DNA of 62,400 nucleotides, counting the filler, from Hausera hauseri (Eukaryota): the NCBI GenBank assembly GCA_046269625.1. It is 12 parts of 12 records of this genome, joined end to end, with 100 filler letters (N's around TTAATTAATTAA, not from the genome) between each part and the next. Parts side by side here need not be neighbours in the genome. Positions count along the whole stretch, not along the records: positions 1 to 4,836 come from JBJURY010419365.1; positions 4,937 to 9,381 come from JBJURY010578449.1; positions 9,482 to 13,932 come from JBJURY010574783.1; 9 more parts are not named here. The stretch is one strand, 5' to 3'. The stretch's first letter is position 1. Each line of letters opens with the position of its first letter. Shown piece after piece: positions 1 through 11,399 of this stretch. A program made the position numbers and the translations under genes. A model generated the notes under the pieces. It ran no database searches and was not told the origin of the DNA. It saw nothing but the letters and a program-made list of their open reading frames with translations.

Positions 1-499
1 TATTTTAGTATCGTAGACATTTCTAATGATAGATCGATAAAATTTGAATTTGAATAGATATACATGTCATATAGTTAGCTGTGAACTAAATAAGTTTATT
101 ACTCGATTAAAACGTTCCTGACCGGATTCTTGAATTGGAGACAACTGATAATGACTAATTTTGACTGAGTTTAAATGTTAGATGGAATCGCGTGCGATAT
201 GTACATTTTACCTTCTATTTGTGGAATACACAGTATGGTATAAAATATTTGGAAATAAATTGCATTGCATACCAATTGCATTGCACTCTGGTCACCAGAC
301 AATGCACCGCTATCGCAATAACGCAGTACAATGTGTTATATTCAAAATAGAAATTCAAACAAATAAATTTATGACATTCAATATATCATAAATATCGTTG
401 ACAAATTATTAATAATAATTTTAATTAAAATAAATAATTTATTCTTATGCAAATTTTAAGCTTAACACAATCCTTGCTAATTATTACCCAGTATTGAGC

Positions 500-1964
500 G
501 TGCATTATGTAAATATTCAGCATGCAGAGAAAGGCGTTGTTACTTATTTATCCCCAGAAACAGAACAAATTCATGTAACATATACAAATTGTTCGGTACG
601 TGAAGATTGGAGATGGTGCAGTTTAAATTAATGAATCATTCATTGCCTTTTTGCATGTTGGAGCTAACGATGCAGTCTCTAACAAACATAACACGAGAAT
701 GCTGCTAAAATGGCTGGGAAACATTCTGGAGTTCAGAGACGTACGTAGGAAATAAATCCGAAGGCTATTTTCATTCCGTGCAATTGTCACAGTCTTAATC
801 TAGCTGGAGTCCATGCAGCATGATCTGAAGGGCGAATATTTACCTTCTTCTCTGTATCAACACATCGGTGGAACATTTTAGTAGACTTTGTTCCAGTAAC
901 TGTCAAAAGAGTTGCGGAAACTCGCTGGAGTACAAGACATGATGTTGTGATTGTTATTAAACACCACTATGAACAGATCCTTGATGCTGCCTAAAGATTA
1001 ATGGCAGAACAATGGACTTAGCAATTGAACGACGTAGATAAAGAAAGCAATGAATTCATGATAAAGTGGCCACTGATGTTGGATTCTCATTTTAGGAAGG
1101 AATTAGAAGAGAAATGTTCGAAACACTGGATCGGCAAATAAATGAAATACAACGATGATTTGAACAATAAAAAGTAATGAAGAATCGTTTCGGATTTTTA
1201 CAGCTTCCCCAGTTATTGGATCTCTGCAATGACAGTGAAATTGATGATCAGGTGGGTGAAGTGGCAATTCTGTATAACGAAATTCATGCACAAGATATGA
1301 AACTCGAGATACGACGACTGCGCAGTTTGCTGTGTCCATCAATGTGATACAACAAGAAGCTGGTCCTGGATAGAATTTTCACTATGCTATCATTGCTGGA
1401 AAAATTGTTAATTGGTGATTTGAGGAAATTTTACCAAATTTAGCAGTCATACTTAGAATTTTTATGACTGCTTGTGTCTCAGTTGCGATATGTGAACACA
1501 GCTTTTCAAAGCTGACACTGATCAAAGGCCGCCTACGTTCACAGATGAGCCAATCTCGACTTTTTAGTCTTGCGTTAATTTCAATCGAAAAACTTAACTT
1601 TATTGAAGCTATCAAAGACTTTCCTGTTTTTAAAGCCAGAGAGGAGCACTTGTGAGGTCACTGATGGTTAACTATATTGCTGTACAAAGGTAGTATATTT
1701 TTTGACGAGAAGTCTTATTTGAATTTTTGGTGTTTGCTGCTTGACACTGTTTATTAGCATTTTGAAAATATTCCATAATTTTCATATTTATTGGCCCAAA
1801 ACCATTACATAAGTGTCTTTTTCTGGGTTGAAAATGGATAAGGATGGAAGAACAATGGGAGGGGAAGAATGGGGCGGGTTAGTGTAAGGAAAAGAAGAAT
1901 AGGAATGGAGAGGTCGGCAAAGCCAGATACGCCTCGGGTGGTACTAAGGCTCGCTACGCCACTG
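500..1964 (+). mobile_element. hAT-superfamily (ZMYM1-like) DNA transposon remnant, 3' part with terminal repeat
   Basis: Manual translation gives MAGKHSGVQ..INPKAIFIPCNCHSLNLAGVHAA (from 710), FFSVSTHRW..VKRVAETRWSTRHD, and the hAT dimerisation domain CEHSFSKLTLIKGRLRSQMSQSRLFSLALISIE (ORF 1464-1655). Ends in GCTACGCCACTG (1953-1964), the reverse complement of a typical CAGTGGCGTAGC hAT terminus. Stops and frameshifts throughout; start approximate. Confidence 0.85.
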
Positions 1965-2019
1965 ATGGTCATGGACGAGGATATGAAGCTTATGATGGTC
2001 GATTCAGGATATAGATTAA

Positions 2020-2460
2020 GATTAACCCAATACTAACTATCCATGAAATATCAGAGGTCCTAGGTGTTTCAAGAAGCACGGTATATAATTATTTGATGAA
2101 GTTTTGTTATGTTTTCCACAATGATTTTTGGATGCCTCATAATTTAACTTAAAGAATTCCATAGATCGTTTTCTATGTGATATGCTCTTAAAACGGAATG
2201 AGCAAAACTGTTTTTAAACAATCGGTTTCTGGAGGTGACAAGTGGATAATCTATGGTAATGCCGCCAATAGCTATTCCAAAGACCAACATTTGTCAAAAA
2301 GAATGTCATGATCTGTGTTTGGCAGGATTTCAATGGTGTGATGTTGTACGAACTTTTTCTATAGAATAGTGCGTAAATTCTGATATATACTATTGTCAGC
2401 TTGGCAATTGTGCGAAAAATATCCAAGAAAAACGATCGGAGCTGGCAAATAGACCGCATG
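2020..2460 (+). mobile_element. mariner transposase fragment (decayed)
   Basis: INPILTIHEISEVLGVSRSTVYNYL (HTH), FWMPHNL (WVPHEL motif), GGDKWIIYGN (GDEKW), KNVMICVWQDFNGVMLYELF. Multiple stops and frameshifts. Confidence 0.75.
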
Positions 2461-2513
2461 TTTAATTTAGATGAAAAAAACGTGCATTATGTTTTCAATA
2501 TAAAAATAAACTG

Positions 2514-3806
2514 CACAGTTTGCCCGGAAAGTTTTCGGAATGGTGCATTAGCAAAAGAACTACAGAAGGTACCAACCTTTATATATTTTAATTTTCAAAA
2601 TAGTCACCTCCCCTTTGTATACATATTTCACATCGTTCATAAAGCTTTTGAAACACTGGCGAATTCTTCTTTGCGAACCCTCTTCAGCTGCACTGTCACT
2701 AAGGTTTGGATTTCATTTATAGAGGTAAAACGTTCCTTTCATGGCGAGTTTCAATTTGGGAAGCAACAAATTTGCAGGTGCAAGATCTGGAGAATAGGCA
2801 GGATGAACTATGGTTCGTACTTTGCGTTTGGAGAAAAACTTGTTGACAAGGATAGACGCGTGTGCTCGTGCATTATTATTCAACAAAAGCCAGTCACCTG
2901 AGACATGAAATTCCGGTCGGATACGACTAATCCTCGGTAGTAAACGCTTCACGACGTCTTTGTAGAACGCTGCGTTGACAGTGTGGCCTTCTGGGACAAA
3001 TTCATGGTGAATGATACCAGCTGCATCAAAGAAAACGATGACCATTGTTTTTATCTTGGACTTCACTGATTTCACTTTCTTCGGTTTCAGCATTCCCAGA
3101 CTGATCCTCATACTTGTTTGTCGCTTTGTGGAGAAATCATATTCAAAGCACCAAGATTCATCTCCTGTCACGATGGATTTTAGAAAATTAGGATTGTCAT
3201 TCGCCGTTTGAAAGAAGTCATTGGGCGCATTCACTCGCTGTTCATTCTGCTCAGATGTCAGGAAATGAGGAACGAATTTGGCACATCTTACCTAAAACTT
3301 CTGTTAGGATCTCGTGCACCGTTGTTATCGTCACCTGGAGTTCATCAGCTATAATTGTGCATGTTTGCCGCCGATCTCTTTCAATCACAGTACGAACAGC
3401 CGCAATGTTCTCCTCTGATTTAGAAGTTTTCGAGCGACCACTTCTTTCATAATCTTCTAATGATTCACGACACTCCCGGAAACGTTTGTGCCACTCAAAC
3501 AGTTGTTTTGGACATACATTCATCACCCTAAGCAGTTCTCATCATCTCAAACGTTTCATTTGCACTTTTACTACACTTGAAACAAAATTTAATAGCAGCT
3601 CGCTTTTCCATCATAAAAACAATATCAGTGGTTACGTGTATGCAAAACAAAATCATTAACCATTCATCAGCTGTTAATACTACATAACTAAAAATTTTAT
3701 TGCATGTCAACAACAGTTCATAGTTCATAACAAGTGTATGATTAAATTATCCTATATAAGTATTACTGATACAAAATCATTCTGGGAACTTTCCAGACAA
3801 ACTGTG
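2514..3806 (-). mobile_element. full-length (1.29 kb) mariner element with TIRs
   Basis: Imperfect ~31-bp TIRs: CACAGTTTGCCCGGAAAGTTTTCGGAATGGT at 2514 vs reverse complement CACAGTTTGTCTGGAAAGTTCCCAGAATGAT ending 3806. TA on the right flank, TG (presumably mutated TA) on the left. Canonical mariner length. Confidence 0.92.
2590..3614 (-). pseudogene. mariner (DD34D-type) transposase, frameshifted
   Basis: MEKRAAIKFCFK..FEWHKRFRECRESLEDYERSGR, IVTGDESWCFEYD, LLNNNARAH (HDNA decayed), HPAYSPDLAPAN, split over ORFs 3528-3728, 3251-3526 and 2713-3234. Confidence 0.9.
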
Positions 3807-4038
3807 TAGTTAAAATGACTTACACTCATATATTTGCATTTGGAATTGGATCGAAAAACCATACATGTTCCACATGACAAATATGTGAGTTCCATATATA
3901 TATTTTTGTCGTTTATTCAAAAGGAGCAATAAATCCGATGAGTCAAAAAGTGTATTTCAAGAAATTTCAAAACGTGAATAAAACAATATTTTTACAATAA
4001 AAATACTAAGGCTGATGTGAGCACGTGCACAACATTAA

Positions 4039-4836
4039 CCCCTTAGCAAAGCTAGTGCTGCGTGGAGGTACAAAACGAGAATCATCCGGCTGAGTTGCTG
4101 GATCTGTATCACAACAGTCACGGTGAATTGCATCCAAATCATGAAAAGGAGTTAACTCTTGAGGTACTTGATGTAATGGAAAATTTGAACCTGGATTAGA
4201 AAAAGTAGATATAATAGCATAGTCGTAAAATTGTTGACTGGCATTACTTTGAGGTTGAACTCGTTGAGAATCACCCTGTTTACTTGCTTGATTAATACAA
4301 CCATGAAGTTGTGAATTATCAAATGTTGGATGCTGAAATAATTGGTTTGACTGAAGCCTCGAAAGAAGTCCCCGGTCAAGCATCGGATCTGTGATACGTA
4401 AGAGAAAACTTTGAACCCCAAAGTATGGATAATCCGAATCAAAAATTTCCGAAGTTCCGTTTAGTGTTTTCAGGAATTGGACAGTAAGGTGTGAAAAAAA
4501 CGATAATGTCCTCAACATGGAGCTCGTGCACACGCTGGATGATTATTTAAAATAGATGACGATCCACGTTACTCTGTTGTCGCAATGGTACACACGGCAT
4601 GTATGATTACTGGAGACTTGTGCATTGTTTTCGGATTCTGCTTGTATATTTTCAAAATGACGTGGGTTTCCAAAAACTAGGTTCTTTGGATCCCACTTAT
4701 GACCCCATTTGGTTGGTTTGTTGGGCACGACGATTCTCTTTTGATGAATTGAGAGAATATTTCACAACAAAAATTGTGCGACCTTTCAGGGGTACCAAAG
4801 TCCACCCCGTAGAATAAAGGACCTTAGTATCCCCTT
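4039..4836 (-). mobile_element. piggyBac-like transposon remnant
   Basis: TTAA followed by CCCCTTAG at 4035-4046 (piggyBac TSD plus terminus). Minus-strand fragments LVPLKGR and PNKPTKWGHKW match the piggyBac DE..V.FKGR / PNKP.KWG.K motifs. Confidence 0.55.
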
Positions 4837-4936
4837 NNNNNNNNNNNNNNNNNNNNNNNNNNNNNNNNNNNNNNNNNNNNTTAATTAATTAANNNNNNNN
4901 NNNNNNNNNNNNNNNNNNNNNNNNNNNNNNNNNNNN
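4837..4936. other. artificial contig linker
   Basis: 44 N + TTAATTAATTAA + 44 N (stop codons in all six frames). Confidence 0.98.
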
Positions 4937-5529
4937 CCATTTTATGTGATGATAAACGTTTGACAAAGTCCTCACCATCTCTGAATGCTGACAAATTTAC
5001 AAGTTGCTGGATGCTTTGTTGTTTTACAAATATATGATTTACGTCGCTTTTTTAAAAAGACTGTAAGTGACAAAAATATCTATTATAAGGTTGGATAAAT
5101 TACGTGACCGACTCGATGCACTATTGAGTAAATATGACAGGAGTCATAAAACCAATGTTTTAGTCAAATATAAATTTATGTTACATTATTGAAACGAAGT
5201 TTCAAAAAATCAAAATAAAAACATTTAATTAATAAATTGGTTTTATGAAGCCTGCTCAAGTTACCCATACGTGCAACAAATAAAAGAGACACTGTATACC
5301 AATTTCTGAACTTTGGAATCGACTTATTTTAAACGAATGTTTCGAAAAATATCTTTAACCAATTGACACAAATTTATGACGAAGAAAGCAACCATTACTA
5401 CATATAATTTAATTTTTATGATGGTTTGTTTAAATTTTAATTAAAATTTTATGTTTCTGCAAGTAAATACTTGTTTCTACCCTACAATTAAAATTCCATT
5501 AAAATAATTTATAAATAATTTTTTTTACT

Positions 5530-8500
5530 ATGGAATATGATCCGGAATTTCCTACAGAGTAAAATATTTTCAGACAAAAATAATTTAATTTGAAATTTAG
5601 AGAAGTGGACGAGGATGAGATAATTTGCGAGCATATTGTTGATGTAGCTGAAATACCGTTACCAGGTAAATTAGCGACTGTTCGTTAAAAAATAACCATA
5701 AAATATTTCAGCTTCCAAAAAGAAAAGCAAGAGACATGCAAAATTGAATAAAATTCCTTTGCCCGATTCTAAGCCTCAACCACCTAAAGTCTATGCAAGA
5801 GAGGATTCGCCTCCTCAAGAACCAGACACAAGTTGGTCTCAACCGACAAGCACTCAGGGTCCACTGAAATTTAATATCGTTAATAAAAGCAGTACCATAA
5901 AGTTAGCTGATGATGAGAATAGTGTTTTTGATAATTTGGATACGAAAATCGAATTACAGAAANNNNNNNNNNTTACAGAAACCGAAGATTCTTCCAAAAA
6001 AATCGAAGCTTATAGCTTTACCTACTGGAATTATTATGAAACCTGCTGACTCCGTAATGAATGAAACTAAAAGTAACACTGAACTATTTTTACCTCCAAA
6101 ATTAACTGTCGAAGAATCGAACAATGACATTAGCAATCCGTATTTAATTCCCCAGAAATTACGTTCTGCACAAATGATTTCACAGCCGCTGATTGCAAAT
6201 CCGTCAATCGCATCTCAGAATCAGAAGAAATCTCAAGAAAGTTCTTATAATAAACCAGAAGCTAAACTTGTAAATAGTCCCATTATCAAACATCGTAGTA
6301 GGTCGAAGTCTCAAGATGGCAACGACGAATTAAAAATTCGTGGCGAATCGGCAAAAACCGACATATTTGCTGATTCTACAGACGTTGATAAAACTAGTGA
6401 GTCTACCGTGCAAAATTCAGGTAATCAAACAACTGTTGAGAATACTGTGTCAAAGATAAATAGTGAAGTTCCAGACTCCAAGGAATCTTTACCGGTTGAA
6501 AATAAGGTAACCCGTTCTAGAAAAAGTAGCTTTTCGTCCACAGGAAAGTGGCCTAAATCCATTGATAGCGATGTTAGTACACGATCAAAAAGTCCTGATC
6601 GGTTTAATAAATGGACTGAATCTTCTCGTCGAAATGCTGCAAGTCGAGAAAGGTCTCGAAGTCCGGATAAATCAAAAAATCAGCAGAAAAGTAACAAATC
6701 ACCAAATAGTTATAAAATTAGAAAGCGTTCTTATACACCAGAATACAATCGTGATATCGTGCCGAAACGAAATAGATTTGATAGGCGGAATCGTTCGCCG
6801 TCCGACGATTATGATGGCTATAGATATTCTTTTAAAAGAAATCAATCTCGAGTGGATAAACCAAAACGATCCAGAAGCCGAAATCGTATTACCAACGAAT
6901 CTGACAGATATAAAGGTTCGAGAAAGCGGGGTTCAGCGTCATTCGATAGTTATCGAAAATCAGTAAGCCGAAATTACTCTTCAAACTCCGATAAACGGCG
7001 CGACTCGTTAACGCCGGAAAGATATCGGCTGCCGGATAAAAGAGGTCGATATTCACCAGCTCCCGATAGATATCGTCGTTCACGAACACCGAATAGACGT
7101 CGTGATTCTGGCAGCAGAAATACTCGACCTAGAATGCAAAGTAAATATGAATGGCGCGAACAGTCTGGAAGTCCATATTATCCAACGAATTCGTATCATC
7201 GGCAATTAAATAATGCCAATCGTCATGACAGATATGAGTCAAATAATAGAAATAAACCCGGTGATTCAAAAATGTACAATCAGGATAGAATTCGAAAAAG
7301 ATCCAACAGTCGAGAATACAATAGTCGAAGAGTTGAGAACGATCGAAATGAGAGCAGAGATCAATTAAACAAAAATAACGTTAAAACGGATGTAGAGGCG
7401 TGGGATTTCGAAACCGATACATCATCGGATGGTAAGAAAAAGACCGACAGTGGTTCTGATGTTGATTTGGATAAGGATGATTCGACAGTTGATTCACGAA
7501 AGTTGGCGAAAGTTGTCAAAAAGTCTGATGACCTTAGAAACTCAAATAAACTAGAAGTAGCAACTGTCGATGATCCGGCAACAGTTTCATCTTCAAATTC
7601 TCTGCAGACGAAATCGAAAATGGATAAAGATGATGCAACGGTTTCGTCAACTGTCGATGAAGTTAAAGATACGTTTGCAAAACAAGAAACAAGTAAAGGT
7701 CGAACATCCAATGAGTCTGTCAAAGGTTCGGATAAACAACGTCACTCTGTGGATTATTCGAATATTAATTCGCAATCTAAAAAAGATAAAACACGATACA
7801 AACGAGCTGATTCGTATTCCGATGTCGACTCAAATTCCGAAGACGTTGATTCATGTCGACGTCGTATCAGATCGGGCAGTCCGAAAAAGACATATTTGTC
7901 AAAATACAAAGCAAACGATGATGGTGCAGTGAAACATGCCCGGAAAAACAAACTGTCTCCATCGCCCGTCCGAGAATCGAAGGATAAACATAAGCGAACT
8001 AGATCGTCGTCGGAGAGCTATAAACGAACAGCTAAAGTTAAAACATACCACGACAATCGGCGAGGTGATAAATCATCGTCCAGGGATTACCATGTCTATT
8101 CCAGTCCAAAGATTATGAAATCCAAACGAGATCGAAATTCGAACACGGAAAAAAGGAAATTAAAAGACCATGGCCATCGAGTCAAAAGTAAGAGTCGATC
8201 GCGGTCTGTAGATTCTCGAACAGATTCCCGACCGAAACGGTTTCAAATTGGATCTCGGCGATCGAATTCTGTCAATTCCTGCACCGGTTCCGAGTCACAA
8301 TCCGATACGGAAAGACTGGCTAAAAAGGCTCGGGAAATATCCTTCTCCATGTCCGATGGTGACAAAAAGAAATATCCGAAACAACGGAATAGTTTCCGTT
8401 TTGAAGTGTCCACGTCCGAGTCCAGCAACAAAGGACCGAAGCACAAGAAGAAAACAAAAGTGGAACAAATAACGTACGTTATCAGTTCCGATTCCGATGT

Positions 8501-8735
8501 CAAAAAAGATAAACGACGGGACAAAAAATATTCCGATGACAATCGAAGTATTTCATCATCAGAGGAAGCCAAACGACGCAAAAAGAAATCGAAGAAAAGT
8601 AAGATCAAAAAAGAAATCCGCAAGTCGAAAAGACGAAAACATTTAGATAGTGATTTATCAGATAATAGTATTGAATTGAACAGATTGCCAGTACGGAAAA
8701 AGGGTGCTTCATCGTCTGGACAGTCTACTGATTGA
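5530..8735 (+). CDS. ~1030-aa low-complexity Arg/Ser-rich (SR-related) nuclear protein, 3 exons
   Basis: Exon 1 5530-5558 (MEYDPEFPT), GT-AG intron 5559-5600 (42 nt), exon 2 5601-5665, GT-AG intron 5666-5711 (46 nt). Exon 3 from 5712 splices in frame into ORF 5744 and, across the 10-N gap at 5963-5972, into the 941-aa ORF ending 8735. RS/SP dipeptides and a Lys-rich NLS-like tail. Orthologue not recognised. Confidence 0.8.
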
Positions 8736-8737
8736 AC

Positions 8738-8743
8738 AATAAA
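8738..8743 (+). promoter_or_regulatory. putative polyadenylation signal AATAAA
   Basis: AATAAA 2 nt after the stop of the RS-rich gene, followed by a T/GT-rich tract. Confidence 0.5.
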
Positions 8744-8766
8744 TTTATTTTAAATTTGAAATAAGT

Positions 8767-8812
8767 GATGTGTGTGCGCGCTCGTGTGCGTGTCTGTGTG
8801 TGTGTGTCTGTG
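8767..8812. repeat. imperfect (TG)n microsatellite
   Basis: GATGTGTGTGCGCGCTCGTGTGCGTGTCTGTGTGTGTGTCTGTGT. Confidence 0.8.
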
Positions 8813-9381
8813 TTTAAATATTAGTTCCAATGTTGATTTCATCAAAAATAAATGTTTGAAAATTCCTTTCTCATTCAGAGTGAACATTGCTCTGGACTGA
8901 AAATGAGTGAAATTCAATATTTGATTTGATAGGTATTTCTGTATTGTCAGCTCATTTCTGCAATGGATTTTGATATTACGTCTAATATTATAAAAGAATG
9001 ATTTCGGTTTGTGCGGTTCATTTCGTTTTGTGTCAAGTATATTCGAGAAATTCTGGCAGATTGTATGACGATGGCTCGCAAAAATTTTATTAATTACATG
9101 GTTGAACAGCGTTTGTGTCATAATTTGAACACAGTTCAGTAAGTTCAATTAAAAACATATTAATCAAGAATCTGTCAGATATAAAACTTAAATGAATTGT
9201 AATAATATGGACTAAAAGGCCAGAAAAGTCTACAATTTCCATTATGAAATAAATGTTTCATTTTTCCGGACAGATATTTTTGATTTTCTGAATAATGAAT
9301 GCCTGAAAACCGTTTTGACCTAATACAGACCCTAATTTTAATTTTGTTTTCAATGTTTAATTTGGACTTTTGAAGTATTTT

Positions 9382-9481
9382 NNNNNNNNNNNNNNNNNNN
9401 NNNNNNNNNNNNNNNNNNNNNNNNNTTAATTAATTAANNNNNNNNNNNNNNNNNNNNNNNNNNNNNNNNNNNNNNNNNNNN
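9382..9481. other. artificial contig linker
   Basis: N44-TTAATTAATTAA-N44. Confidence 0.98.
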
Positions 9482-10730
9482 CTAATTTGATAACTGTGTA
9501 CTTTGTCGACTACGGAAATACGTACAGTGTACGATCTATATATACGTATGAACTACCGGAACGGCTGTTGAAGATTTCCCCGTTAGCCGTGAAATTTGCA
9601 CTCAGTGAAATCAAACTAAGCGTTGCATGTCACAACGACAACCCATGGAATAGTAAGGATCGGGATGTGTTTTTGAAATATATAAATGGATACAAATACA
9701 CCACTTGGGTGTAAAGTCTATTTGGTTGTAGATAATGTCGTCCGAGTGAGAGTGCACATGGTCGATCATAACAACCGAATACTCAATGAAGAACTCAATC
9801 ATGGGAATTGCCGAGTATGCTGAAGAAGGTTTGAGCAGTTGACAAGATAATGTGCAGCGGGTCAAGTGTAGCAATAAATGACAAATAGATTCATTTTCCG
9901 GCGAAACAGTAATGTCAAAACCGAGATTCTTAAAAAACCTGGGACTGATCGATAGCGAATCGGACATTGACATTGATGATTTGGACGATGACATTGTCAC
10001 GACAAATGAGTTCAATACACTGATGGAGTCAGTTAAACATAAACGATCTACTGAAACCGTTACGTTGCGCGCACCTCACCATCCATTCTTGATGAAATTC
10101 CACGGTGTAACAGAGTCTAGCAAACGACCCGTTAGCATTGCTCCCAATTTTGTCTGTTCTATTTTGATCGAACCAGAACCACAAATTTACTTGACTCGTT
10201 TGTTAGTAGCCGGTTGTGTCTAGTCATGTACTGCCGGTGAACAGGGTAACGACTTAATATTACGAAACTGTACTCTAATGCCATACATTCCCGGACTTCC
10301 GCTTATCATGGTCCTCATTTTTACACCATCCGCAGAACTTGTCACTGATCATCATCGCACCAGATACACCGGAGCCCGATGTGAACTCGGTGTTGACTCT
10401 GAGGGTCGACCTTTGCATCCGTCCAACGATATGGATATCCGTACTGACGTAAGATTTGACGACAGCGACAACAAAAGCATTAAGGGCATTCGTGATCTAC
10501 TGAACATGACACGCGGCAGCACAATTCATTCTCAAGACGTCATGGAGAATTATCAGTTGGGCATAAAGAAATTCTTAGCCTCTTAGTTCTTGAAGCACAA
10601 TCGAGATCTCGTCAACAATGAAATAGTCCGTGAGTACAGTCAGAGTATGGCGTTCACCGACATGGACCATTGTGCAATTACAAATAAAACGGATTTCAAC
10701 AGAATTTTTATACTGCACATTTCCATTGAT
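9482..10730 (+). pseudogene. TDRD9: TDRD9/spindle-E RNA helicase C-terminal fragment (Tudor plus C-terminal domain), intronless, disrupted
   Basis: Tudor VYFVDYGN..ELPERLLKISPLAVKFALSEIK, then LRAPHHPF..SILIEPEPQ..RLLVAG..LRNCTLMPYIPGLPLIMVLIFTPSAEL..RYTGARCELG..PSNDMDIRTDVRFD. This matches the TDRD9 signature LMPHIPGLPALLSMLFAP..YTGVLCGLG..PEHDMELAFDVQF. Several in-frame stops. Confidence 0.88.
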
Positions 10731-11399
10731 GGTGTCGCCAGGAGTATCCGATGGACTCGTTCGCCGATTTTAGGCGATCCTCGCACAGAGCGAGCAAAAG
10801 CCGACTGGATTCGGCGATTCCAGGAGGCAATGAAGGAAAATTTTAAAGATATGAACGCTCCAACTCTAAGCAGGTTCCACCGAACTATGACTTCTCGAAT
10901 GGCACGACCTGAAGAATTACCAGTCGTTGAAAATGAACAGAAACGAAGAAGGGACAACAAAGCCATTGTGGCTAGCACCATCATAAAAATCCAGGTGAAT
11001 AAAATTAATATTACTGATATTTGTTGCTGATAAAACCGTAATGCATCTGTTTTCTAAAATTGATTATGACCCGTGTGACATTGATTTATAGCATAGTCCG
11101 ACCGTGGTTGTCGGTTTGGATACATTCCACACCAAGACTGGTAAGAGATCGGTTACTCTGCAGTTTGCGACCCGCCGCGGCGAGGCTGAAGCCCCGGCCG
11201 CCCACCCTATGCCATTGGGTCAGACGGCACCCTTCGTTGCCGCCCCACGACACGCTCCCGGATAAACGACCTCTCCTCATTTCCTATTCTTTTTATTAAA
11301 TAACAAAGACATTTGCACAAATGTAGCAACACATTTAAACACGGCGGCAATCTATAACTTCATTTCCACAATTCTTTGCACACCAGACTTTTACCTCAC

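Noticed and set aside
5910-5972. ATG at 5910 (MMRIVFLIIWIRK) as a signal-peptide start of the 941-aa ORF
   Set aside because: Frame artefact of the 10-N gap; the upstream ORF 5744 frame plus two spliced exons gives a coherent N-terminus
6562-8623. Multiple overlapping and antisense ORFs within the RS-rich gene
   Set aside because: Shadow ORFs of a low-complexity coding sequence
10730-11140. Possible 5' LTR and primer-binding site of the Gypsy copy
   Set aside because: TG start and TGG candidates exist, but there is no second LTR in the contig and no match upstream of the second copy, so boundaries are unsupported
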